Positions 38,501 through 64,000 of a stretch of DNA of 64,000 bases are shown here, in pieces; the stretch's first letter is position 1, and each line of letters begins with the position of its first letter. Position numbers and translations under genes: made by a program. Source of the DNA: Phoronis australis (lineage: Eukaryota > Animalia > Phoronida). The stretch is from NCBI GenBank assembly GCA_002633005.1, contig NMRA01000356.1, positions 65,693-129,692 on the forward strand, in the 5' to 3' direction. The notes under the pieces are model-generated. The model was given only the letters and a program-made list of their open reading frames with translations, was not told the DNA's origin and searched no databases.

Positions 38501-41500
38501 GATTTCACACATGATATTTGTGGCAGTGTTCACTGTAAGAATATCTCATTCCCCTGACCAAACTTTGTATGATATAAGTATTCAGGATAAAAATCTCAAA
38601 AAACACTTACAGTTTTCTAAGTTATTGTTTTGTTTTCGTTCTCTGCAACTTTAATTTTTTTTTCATAAAAGTCCGATTGTTTGATAGCCCCTCATGCCGG
38701 AGTGGAACATTTTAAAACAATTGCTAACGTAATTTTGGTCAACAGTATATAAAGTAGTGTTGTGTCTGAAAGTGGAACATTTTAAAACAATTGCTAACAT
38801 AGTTTTGGTCAACAGTATATAAAGTAGTGTTGTGTCTGAAAGATTCACGTGCATCCCTTCAGCCACTTTTGAGATTTAATGTTCCCAAGTTGTCCAAAAT
38901 TGGGGACATTTTTCTAATGTCCTACAAAACCTTCACTACGTTTGTTGCCACACCCATGTTTCTCTCCATTGCTTTGTAGGGAGGATGGAACTGTGAAATT
39001 TTTAACAAAAGGTGACAATAACTCCGTAGACGACCGAGGTCTCTATGCACCAGGACAGTTATGGCTGGAAAAGAAGGATGTTGTAGGGCGTGCAAAAGGG
39101 TAAGTGTGGGTGTACTAGTTGTTCTGTAGTTGTAGGGCGTGCCAAGAGGTAACCGTTGGTATACTAGTTGTTCTGTAGTTGTAGGGCGTGCAAAGAGGTA
39201 ACCGTTGGTGTACTAGTTGCTCTGTAGTTGCTGTGGCTGATGAGGGCCTCAGTTGCTGATGAGGCATATTCACATCCATCGTGCCTTCTCTGACAATGGA
39301 CCAAGTAGTTGGCACATCTGAAATCAGACTCTGAATTGTTTTCCATTTTTACACATTTTCTATTCATGTGTGAATGCCTTTTAATAATTGATTTCTAGCG
39401 CTATTGCCATTTTTCAAAATATCTTACCGGATTAGACTAGTACATGAACTGAACATGTATTTATGGTTGAAAATGTCGGTACTAGTGTATTTTATTCAAA
39501 GCAGTGTACAATATTGTTTACCAGGCACATTTGACCATTATTTCAGGTTTGTTCCTTACGTGGGCATTGTGACAATATTAATGAATGATTACCCCAAGTT
39601 CAAGGTAAGTTTTTGATGAATCAATGATGGCACTTAAAGATGTTTCATCTCATTAGTACCTTGAATATGTAAATCAACTTTTGCTTTTAGGCTGCCTGAA
39701 CCTCAGTGGTCGTGCTGAACTTCCGATTTTGTTGAAGTCTCGATATTGCGAGAATATTTTATGTCAATATTTATGCAATGTTAATTGTGGTGAATGCAGG
39801 ACCAAACAGACGAAGACATTGAAAACAACTTGTAAGTTAGTTTATATTACATGCTTCATGCATGGCAAGACTAAAGATTGTGACTGGAGCTGCAAATAGA
39901 TAATGATCTGGTAGCATATTAGTTCGATTTTGTGTAAACTTTTCATAAGAAAGGAATGTTAACAGTGCACTCAATGTCTCAATATTGGGGCTGAATGTCT
40001 GTATCATTCCCCTCTGAAGAGCATTTTAAAAAAAACGCCCGGAAATTCCCTCATCAGCCTCAAAAATTCCTCTTTAATGATTGAAAAATTCCTCTCAAAG
40101 GTTCAGAAAGTCTTTGGTGGCATCTGAGTGGGGGAGATATTTCACATCCAAAAAAAGCCCGTTCTCAGGTAGCACAGGCAACTTTCCCCTCGGGTGAGCA
40201 AGGGTCCTGGATAATGAATCCCAATAGCGGATGGGAAATCACAGATTCAGGATCTGCCAAGCTCAAGTGAACTTTATAGATGCCTGCTTCTATGATGTAC
40301 GAGCGAAGTATATTATGAAAAAAATTGATAGAGAAGTGTAAATTGTGAGCATTTGGTCACATTCGTATTCCATACTTTGCCATTACCCACATGGAATGCT
40401 ATTAAATCAGTTTCAGTTTGTCAAATGTTCATCTTAATCTTACATACTGCTCAACATCAAAACCAAATCTTCATGTATTGAATGTTATTACTATTTCCTG
40501 TCGTAATGCTCTGTTTTCATTTAGAAGTTGGTTGATTTATGAAACATTTCTTTTCCCCTTGATTATGATTTTGACTCAAAATTATCCAAGAATTTTTAGG
40601 TGGGCGGCGTATGTTAATTTTACGAATTCAGGTTTCTAATGAGATATTGCATCTTTGAAGCCCCATGCAGATTTAAACAAAAGGGTTCCAACCCTAAAAC
40701 ATAAATCTGTTTTATACAGAGTTAGTGTCCCAAATTACACATAATACATTGTAGAACGAATGAAGTTGATTATTAATCTTGCTTTAATCAGGGCTTGGAA
40801 TGACCAATGACAAAAAACGCGGAAACTTTACTTTTACGGCCCAAACCATGCGCGCTACAGCCTTGAAATGGTCGATGTGAACCATTCCCCACCATCAGTA
40901 GCATGCGTCTGCGTCCTTTTAGCTCGTCCGTTCACTCCCAACCCACACATTTTTGGCTGCAGAGCCGTAGTATTTCTCGCTGCGGTTTACAATAACACGA
41001 GACACCATTGAAAATCCCACCACGCTATCCCAGGTGCCCCGGCAATGTTGACAATTTACGTTCCTCCGAAACATAAAGAGCAACTTCCGCTTTTCGAGGT
41101 GAACGTCGTCTGCAATGCCGTGGTAAGAAAGGAATTTGCCGCAGAAATTTTATATCAAATCCGACTTTTTTTACACGGAAATATAATCAAATGCGCGGAC
41201 AGAACATTTGAAAAAAGCGGAAATCCGCGTTTCCGTGGAAAATTCCAAGCCCTGTTTAATGGAAACATTCAATTTTGATGCATCCCTATTTGAAGTTTGC
41301 AATTTTGGCTCGACTTACTTGGCACTGCATGTTTCTTTAGGTATTGAACTGGTAAAACCTGCATTTATAAGTCCCTTAAGTTCAGGATGCTAAACCAAAT
41401 TGAATTAATATTCTTTAATGTAATATTTTCCAGTTTGTTTCAAACTGATAGCAGAACCTTTAATGTACCTGGGAAATTGTTCTGTGCGAGCTGACCATTG

Positions 41501-41790
41501 TTAGTAGCCTCAGTGTTACCATCGAATGGTTTATCTTGTATCAGTATTCTTTGTTACATACATGCGTGTAGATTGTTTTCTTTGATTCTCATGAAATAAA
41601 AATTTGAAAATTGGACTTTGCAGTTTGGATTTTCTGATTGAATAAATCTTGTAGATGTATTGATTGCCTATATTCTCCAAATGTCACATACGGTAAAATT
41701 GTTGAGTCATATCTCACTTATACTCTTTGAACATTTCAGTACGCTGTCTTGGCTCTACTTGGCGTATTTGTCCTTGTACACCGGGAATGA
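29527..41790 (+). CDS. SEC11: Signal peptidase complex catalytic subunit SEC11 (SEC11A/C-like), 182 aa, 6 exons
   Basis: Exons 29527-29586, 35643-35752, 37809-37958, 38980-39099, 39547-39604, 41740-41790 (duplicate 43539-43589) total 549 nt in frame. Catalytic motifs [30 protein letters not shown]; C-terminus VHRE*. Confidence 0.97.
30099..31028. mobile_element. Mutator/MULE-like foldback element, ~270-bp TIRs, 9-bp TSD
   Basis: agcgcgaga|TAGGCAATGACCATCGCC...GGCGATGGTCATTGCCTA|agcgcgaga; arms ~30099-30370 and ~30757-31028 are near-perfect reverse complements. Confidence 0.92.
31436..31994. mobile_element. Older palindromic relative of the MULE-like foldback
   Basis: TAGACAGTGACCACC...GGTGGTCACTGTTTA; shares interior blocks (gaagcttttc, gttataaatacctttt, aaatactcccgtt) with 30099-31028; flanks tcataggca/caataggca. 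Confidence 0.8.
32432..32610 (+). mobile_element. SINE copy
   Basis: Homologous to 18823-18992. Confidence 0.7.
33462..35073. mobile_element. Non-autonomous hAT-like element, 5-bp TSD; contains an assembly gap
   Basis: accat|CAGTGGCGGATCTACG...CGTAGATCTGCCACTG|accat; N-run at 34209-34274. Confidence 0.85.
35643..35752 (+). CDS. SEC11: SEC11 exon 2
   Basis: tttcag|[37 protein letters not shown]|gtatat. Confidence 0.97.
36918..37117. repeat. 38-bp minisatellite
   Basis: atcactaacactgccacctgttgcctggacagcaacat. Confidence 0.9.
37809..37958 (+). CDS. SEC11: SEC11 exon 3
   Basis: ctacag|[50 protein letters not shown]|gtgagt. Confidence 0.97.
38020..38530 (+). mobile_element. Helentron-associated (DINE-1/HINE-like) non-autonomous repeat
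   Basis: Starts ttttatgcgccccc, has a ccgtccgtcc microsatellite, then degenerate subunits (catgaaatttgg, ccacctagtggc) homologous to the reverse complement of 49255-50780. Confidence 0.55.
38701..38842. repeat. 70-bp tandem duplication
   Basis: agtggaacattttaaaacaattgctaac... x2. Confidence 0.9.
38980..39099 (+). CDS. SEC11: SEC11 exon 4
   Basis: ttgtag|[40 protein letters not shown]|gtaagt. Confidence 0.97.
39080..39229. repeat. 49-bp tandem repeat copying the SEC11 exon 4 end and donor
   Basis: gttgtagggcgtgcaaagaggtaaccgttggtgtactagttgttctgta. Confidence 0.9.
39547..39604 (+). CDS. SEC11: SEC11 exon 5
   Basis: tttcag|[19 protein letters not shown]|gtaagt. Confidence 0.97.
40789..41254. 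mobile_element. 466-bp hAT-like MITE, 6-bp TSD, polymorphic
   Basis: tttaat|CAGGGCTTGGAAT...ATTCCAAGCCCTG|tttaat; the empty site gctttaatgaaaac is visible in the duplicate block at ~43072-43085. Confidence 0.9.
41740..41790 (+). CDS. SEC11: SEC11 exon 6 (terminal, copy 1)
   Basis: tttcag|[16 protein letters not shown]. Confidence 0.92.
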   Translation, partial: YAVLALLGVFVLVHRE

Positions 41791-43538
41791 CCTGATTATG
41801 GAAGAACTTTGCACTTTTAAACTGCAATATCTCATCCAATGGTCTTGTTATGGACTTGGGTTAAAGTAATAGTGTTCTGCCTGTTCCTCGCACAGTGATG
41901 AATCAAGTCATTACATACATATTTGACCATTTTAAGNCCTTGAATATGTAAATCAACTTTTGCTTTTAGGCTGCCTGAACCTCAGTGGTCGTGCTGAACT
42001 TCCGATTTTGTTGAAGTCTCGATATTGCGAGAATATTTATGCAATATTAATTGTGGTGAATGTAGGACCAAACAGACCAAGACATTGAAAACAACTTCTA
42101 AGTTAGTTTATATTACATGCTTCATGCATGGCAAGACTAAAGATTGTGACTGGAGCTGCAAATAGATAATGATCTGGTAGCATATTAGCTCGATTTTGTG
42201 TAAACTTTTCATAAGAAAGGAATGTTAACAGTGCACTCAATGTCTCAATATTGGGGCTGAATGTCTGTATCATTCCCCTCTGAAAAGCATTTAAAAAAAA
42301 CGCCGGAAATTCCCTCATCAGCCTCAAAAATTCCTCTTTAATGATTAAAAAAAAATCCTCTCAAAGGTAGAATCACTTTTAACTCTCATAGCCGTGGTTC
42401 AGATAGTCTTTGGTGGCATCCGAATAGGGGAGATATTTCACATCCAAAAAAGCCCATTCTCAAGTAGCACAGGCACCTTTCCCCTCGGGTCAGCAAGTGT
42501 CCTGGATAATGAATCCCAATAGCGGATGGGAAATCACAGATTCACGATCTGCTAAGCTCAAGTGAACTCTATAGATGCCTGCTTCTATGATGTACGAACG
42601 AAGTCTATTGTGAAAAAAATTGATAGACAAGTGTAAATTGTGAGGATTTAGTCACATTCATATTCCATACTTTGCCATTACCCACATGGAATGCTAATCA
42701 GTTTCAGTTTGTCAAATGTTCATCTTAATCTTACATACTGCTCAACATCAAAACCAAATCTTCATGTATTGAATGTTATTACTATTTCCTGTCGTAATGC
42801 TCCGTTTTCATTTGGAACTTGGTTGATTTACGAAACATTTCTTTTCCCCCCGATTATGATTTTGACACAAAATTATCCAAGAATTTTTAGGTGGGCGGCT
42901 TATGTTAATTTTACGAATTCAGGTTTCTAATGAGATATTGCATCTTTGAAGCCCCATGCAGATTTAAACAAAAGGGTTCCAACCCAAAAACATAAATCTG
43001 TTTTATACAGAGTTAGTGTCCCAAATTAAACATAATACATTGTAGAACGAATGAAGTTGATTATTAATCTTGCTTTAATGAAAACATTCATATCAACAAT
43101 TTTGATGCATCCCAATTTAAAGTTTGCAATTTTGGCTTGACTTATTTGGCACTGCATGTTTCTTAGTATTGAGCGGGTAAAACCTGCATTTATAAGTCCC
43201 TTAAGTTCAGGATGCTAAACCAAATATTTTCCAGTTTGTTTCAAACTGATAGCAGAACCTTTAATGTACCTGGGAAATTGTTCTGTGCGAGCTAACTATT
43301 GTTAGTAGCCTGTGTTACCGTCGAATGGTTTATCTTGTATCAGTATTCTTTGTTACATACATGCCTGTAGATTGTTTTCTTTGGTTCTCATGAAATAATA
43401 ATTTGAAAATTGGACTTTGCAGTTTGGATTTTCTGATTGAATAAATCTTGTAGATGTATTGATTGCCTATATTCTCCAAATGTCACATACGGTAAAATTG
43501 TTGAGTCATATCTCACTTATACTCTTTGAACATTTCAG

Positions 43539-43589
43539 TACGCTGTCTTGGCTCTACTTGGCGTATTTGTCCTTGTACACCGGGAATGA
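43539..43589 (+). CDS. SEC11: SEC11 terminal exon, identical second copy (probable haplotype duplicate)
   Basis: Same sequence as 41740-41790, in the block after the single N at 41937. Confidence 0.7.
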   Translation, partial: YAVLALLGVFVLVHRE

Positions 43590-44919
43590 CCTGATTATGG
43601 AAGAACTTTGCACTTTTAAACTGCAATATCTCATCCAATGGTCTTGTTATGGACTTGGGTTAAAGTAATAGTGTTCTGCCTGTTCCTCGCACAGTGATGA
43701 ATCAAGTCATTACATACATATTTGACCATTTTAAGTACTTGTTGTATTTTGTTGTACAATTAAACTGTAAGATAACATGTTTTTCCTTGTTTTTACCCTT
43801 AAACTATGTCTAGTCGTGAAGTACTGTTACAAAATACTGTATGTCAGGAATAATGAGCATTACACTGGTTCTCAAACTACGGGGCGCCTGTCGTTATTGC
43901 CTGTAATACAGCCCAATGTCAAGGCCATGATGGTTCAATGTGATCCCAGTGAAAATAATGCGGCAGCGTGCTCGCATCACATATCTATTAAAAATTCCAC
44001 ACGAATGTGGAGATGCTATAAACTTTGATCATTTGTTACAAAACGGCCATCAATTGCTAAACAATTTTAAAAGTTAAAATCTGAATCTTATAATTTTGAT
44101 TAAAAATTTGGAAATTTTAAAGTGGCATTTCTTGCTTCCAACAATTGTCAATGTTTCTCTCTGTGCTCATGGCTACCATTTTGGCCAACAGTTGGTACCC
44201 CAATTACGTAATACAAGTATGTACATGTTACATTGCTCAGCTGTTCAGTCTGTCTATGCTAATATTTGCACACAATACAATACCTTTAAGGAGCAGTAAA
44301 CTGGTGCATCCAGTCAATTGATTTAGGTACATACGGACACAATATGGCGGACAAGTGAATTTTTATTTAACTTTTCCAAGAAAGACATGTTGCACCAAAT
44401 TAAATGTTTTTCCATGTTCAAGTTTTGTATCAAAACTGCCAACATACTTTTGAAAAATTTTTGGGATTCGCAACAAGGTTAGAAGCCATTGGAAAAAATG
44501 CTTTTTGGCAATTTTTTGTCCAAATTTGGCGAGATTTTACTGTCAGTAAAAACTGTTCTGAAATTGACCTTGTCTTGTTCATTACTCAGTTTAGAAGTTA
44601 TCACGGGCTCTTTAAGAACTGACAGATTTGTTTTATTTTGCCTGTGCCTCAACACTGGCTAAGTTCCTTGATGGGTTCTAATCAAACTTGATACATGTGG
44701 TCCAGTTCAGAGCACACCCGACATTGATGTTTGGACGAGTTTGACTCCTGTTGTGTTCCCTAGTGACAATTTGGGTTTTTTGCGCATGACCCAATACCTA
44801 TCAAGTTCTTTATGGAAGTTCACAGAATTTGGCAAAAAAGTTTCTTTTACGGATAAGACAGCACTTGTCTTGTTTCAGACGTACTTGAATTTGCTGCATC
44901 GCCTAGTGGCCTTGTCATT

Positions 44920-45135
44920 GTGGTCTAGTGGAGTTAGTGTCTGCTTCCTTTACTGAAGTGGGTTTGGGTACCACTGGTTCACACTGTTAGAGCCTTGACT
45001 TAGTTCTCCAGCTCCTCAGCTCGGTTTAACTATGTATTAATAAATCATAAAAATTGTTCCAGGTGATCAGTGGGCCCACCCGAGTGGCCTGCACACGTCT
45101 GGTCCGTGTACCAGACCGCCTGCAATTAATTTTTT
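44920..45135 (+). mobile_element. SINE copy with degenerate tRNA-like head
   Basis: tggtctagtgg...ctcctcagctcggtttaac...ccagaccgcctgcaatt. Confidence 0.65.
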
Positions 45136-47264
45136 AGTGGCCTTGTTACTTCAAACACCCCTAGAGTCGTACTATTTGGGTCCTGCCGTGGCTGCATTCA
45201 CAACTTTGCATTGCTTTTCTCAAAGCAGTAGTTATACAATGAAAGTCAAATGGAGAGATTTTATCTGGGTTGGCGAAATAGGACTTTTCTCTGAAGGGTC
45301 AAGTACACTAGCTAAGATAATCGTACTGCGGATCTTGTCCAAATTGACTGAAAACGGCTTTTGCATACCTGAGTTTCACTCATATACATTTTTAAGAAAA
45401 TCAGAACAAATTTGCTAAAATCATATTTACAATCTTCATAAACACGTTACACAAATATGAATATGCATATGACCAATACAAAATTTTATAAACATATGTT
45501 ATTCCTATTTTTTCATTTTCATGACAAATAAAACTGACTTAAGGATGGTTTTGATGAGTGCCAAATGAGATGTACATTCTTTACAAAGAAAGATGCCATA
45601 ACAGCTCAATAAAAATGCATCTGGCGATGTGAGCTACAGGTAACTTAAGCTTTTTTACGTTTACTTTTCATTCAAAAGAAAGTGCTTGATCAAAAGTATG
45701 TTAGATCTTCTCACTACTAGTACTTTTACTTGCACCCCAAAAGCGACCTTTACATTTAATTAACTTTAAAAGCAGATGAGCAAATGAGAGCTATAACGCT
45801 AGGGCAGGCAAGTCCAGTTATCCACACTGTAGAGTAGTGCGGAGTTTTCTTGCCACAAAAATGGTAGTAGAAATATTTATTATCTGCACTGCTGGGTCAA
45901 AGCTGGCTGCCGAAACCACACGTGTACAGTACATACAATTGAGCTTGATCCATAGGCATGGCAACTTAGCAGCAAATGGAGTGAAGATTAATTCTGACAG
46001 AGTCAGAACAGAAAAGATGGCTGAATAATTTCGTAATCATTGTCTAAAGTCAAATATATGATTAATTGAAGACGTCTCTTTCAAAACTCGATTGTCAAGG
46101 TGCTTAAACGACAAAATGTCACTTACTGAAGAAAGTCTAAGTTTTCAATTTACATTTGTCGGCCATCTTATGCATAGATAACTGTTGTTTTTACGTGTAC
46201 CTCCTTACGGCATTGTGTTATAAGTGAAAGTATACGTAATACTTTTTAATAGAATCTAAAGCTCTACTCCCGAGATATGAACAAATATTAAGTCATGCTG
46301 TCTTACAAGTAACAGACTAATCATCAACTTCACATTCACACAACATGCACTTGACCAACACTACCCTCATCAGTCAATGTATGCCATGATCATACATTTG
46401 ACCAACACTACCCTCAACAGTCAGTGTATGCCATGACCTTGCACTTGACCAACACTACCCTTAAAAGTCCATGAGTGCCACGACCTTTTACAATTCACTC
46501 ATTCAGAAACAGAAAAATCTATGCTCTAAAATGCTTTATTAATTGTAGCAGAACTGGCAAAAATGATTGAGGCCAATCTAACATAACCCTAACATTACAT
46601 TACATCGTTTCTTTTTTGTGAACAAACATTGCTCCCTCACCAGATTGCATTCTTCCTGTTTTGTGAGTCGGAATAGTACTGACACTGGGTTGTATTCAAC
46701 TGCTCGTTTCCCCCTAAGACGCATGGCCCTGACACTGGATTATGTTGATGATCAAGCCTGGCCCTGACACTGGATAACATCCGTTTACTGNTAACAGTCA
46801 ATGTATGCCATGACCATACATTTGACCAACACTACCCTTAACAGTCAATGTATGCCATGACCTTGCACTTGACCAGCACTACCCTTAAAAGTCCATGAGT
46901 GCCACGACCTTTAACAATTCACTCATTCAGAAACAGAAAAATTTATGCTCTAAAATGCCTTATTAGTTGTAGCAGAACTGGCAAAAATGATTGAGGCCGA
47001 TCTAACATAACCCTAACATTACATTACATCGTTTCTTTTTTGTGAACAAACATTGCTCCCTCACCAGATTGCATTCTTCCTGTTTTGTGAGTCGGAATAG
47101 TACTGACACTGGGTTGTATTCAACTGCTCGTTTCCCCCTAAGACGCATGGCCCTGACACTGGATTATGTTGATGATCAAGCCTGGCCCTGACACTGGATA
47201 ACATCCGTTTACTGAACAAGTGTGATCTTGACACTGAATCATGCTATTGGTCATAAGCAAAACT

Positions 47265-47350
47265 GGTCCTGGACTTTTGTTAGCAAGCACAGTCCTGGAC
47301 TTTTGTTAGCAAGCACAGTCCTGGACTTTTGTTAGCAAGCACAGTCCTGA
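47265..47350. repeat. 26-bp tandem repeat
   Basis: gtcctggacttttgttagcaagcaca. Confidence 0.9.
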
Positions 47351-47910
47351 CAAGGGATCATGTTCATCCACCATACTCATTCGCGTTACTGCCAAGAATG
47401 TAAGAAAAAAATTTTAGATGTGGGCACTATGCCAAATACATCGGAGCGAGGGCACTCAAAAGTGAAATTGATGGGAATTCTGGATATGATGATAAAGTTA
47501 TGTAGGACCCTGGAAAAATGTCCAAATTTGGCTAACTTCAGAACATCATATCTCAGAAGCAGCTGATTGGATTCATATGAAACTTTCAAGTACTATGCTT
47601 TACGCACTGTTCTCCAAAACGCTGCTAGGAACTTTTTTAAAATGTTGCCCTTTTGCACAAGGGGTCATCAAAAAATAGGACTGCTCACGTGACCCAATTG
47701 ATGATAGACTGGCAAAAAGTTCAAAATCAAATTCTACAGTTTTTCTACTTTCAGAAAATGCTTTTACTGGGTTAAAATCTATTGATATGTGGCTGAATAC
47801 GCCAACTTGTCAATAAGGTCCAACATAATCTCAAAGTGAATGTGTGCATTAACACGTATGAGCATGATACTCTGTCAGAAAGCGTGCCCCGGACACTGGA
47901 TAATGTGAAT

Positions 47911-63336
<15,426 letters not shown>

Positions 63337-64000
63337 CTGAAACAACGCCACATGTTTTCAGTAATTATCAACATTGCCCTCAATCAGAGGGTCGTTTCCT
63401 GAATGGCCTAAAATTTGGTCACCAGGTCGTTATATTTTTTGGAAGACTAGGCTGATGTCTTAAACTACTAATTGCATGCTCATAGATATCATCTTGTCAA
63501 CAATGTTTAATATTCAATAAATTTTGGACTAATCATTATTAAACTCTGATGAAAGGAATAGAACAATTATCAAATTCTCAAGGAAGCCAACAATGTGTCA
63601 GTTGGTAGTGGTCAACTGTAAAACTGTACTCTTCAATTCTGGATCAGCTGAAATACATTCCTCCAAGTGCGTCAATCAACTTTGTATTCTTTATCCTCAA
63701 CATCATTTTCAGAATCCTCCAGCAACAAAATTGTTTATTTCGCGTTCAGAAAACATTCATTCAAGAAGTTCTCATTTGTTCCTTCTGATTTGCCCTACAT
63801 ATCCATCACAATCAGCCGCGTCAATCATGGGAAAAGGGGAGATAAATCTTATTTATTTTCTGCGTGTCTGTGGTGTTACAACACCATGTCAGTAAAATAG
63901 TTTTTAAAATCTAAACAATTAATTTAGGAGTTATTTATGAGATAATTTTAATTATCACTGTCATCTTAATTGTTTACATTAACTAGACTTGCAAACAGTG

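Larger units (their letters stand above)
39659..43735. other. N-joined tandem duplication (39659-41936 / 41938-43735), probable uncollapsed haplotypes
   Basis: Junction at N41937; exon copies are identical while introns differ by SNPs and indels. Confidence 0.85.

Noticed and set aside
41740-43589. Alternative terminal exons of SEC11
   Set aside because: Identical exon and flanks inside an N-joined duplication.

Overview
AT-rich, intron-rich animal genomic DNA, most likely from an invertebrate (lophotrochozoan-like; the taxon is an inference). It holds three conserved multi-exon genes, which I reconstructed from GT-AG splice sites and reading-frame continuity. (1) Protein kinase N (PKN1/2-like), minus strand: HR1a/b/c and C2-like exons at 825-12033, probable first exons at ~22.5 and ~28.4 kb; the kinase domain lies left of the window. 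(2) SEC11 signal peptidase catalytic subunit, plus strand: complete, 6 exons, 182 aa, 29527-41790, head-to-head with PKN. (3) A BUB1/BUBR1-type (MadBub) checkpoint kinase, minus strand, from its stop at 47911 to beyond 64000, convergent with SEC11. Introns carry many non-autonomous DNA transposons (CAGGG/CAGTG-ended elements with 5-6 bp TSDs, a MULE-like foldback with a 9-bp TSD, a TA-flanked Tc1/pogo-like element), a tRNA-derived SINE family and many minisatellites. Seven tandem duplications joined at a single N are best read as uncollapsed haplotypes. I found no convincing new multi-gene system. The most unusual signals are minisatellites seeded on exon-intron junctions, which multiply splice sites, and a second promoter-like region in SEC11 intron 1 that is interrupted by a foldback transposon.
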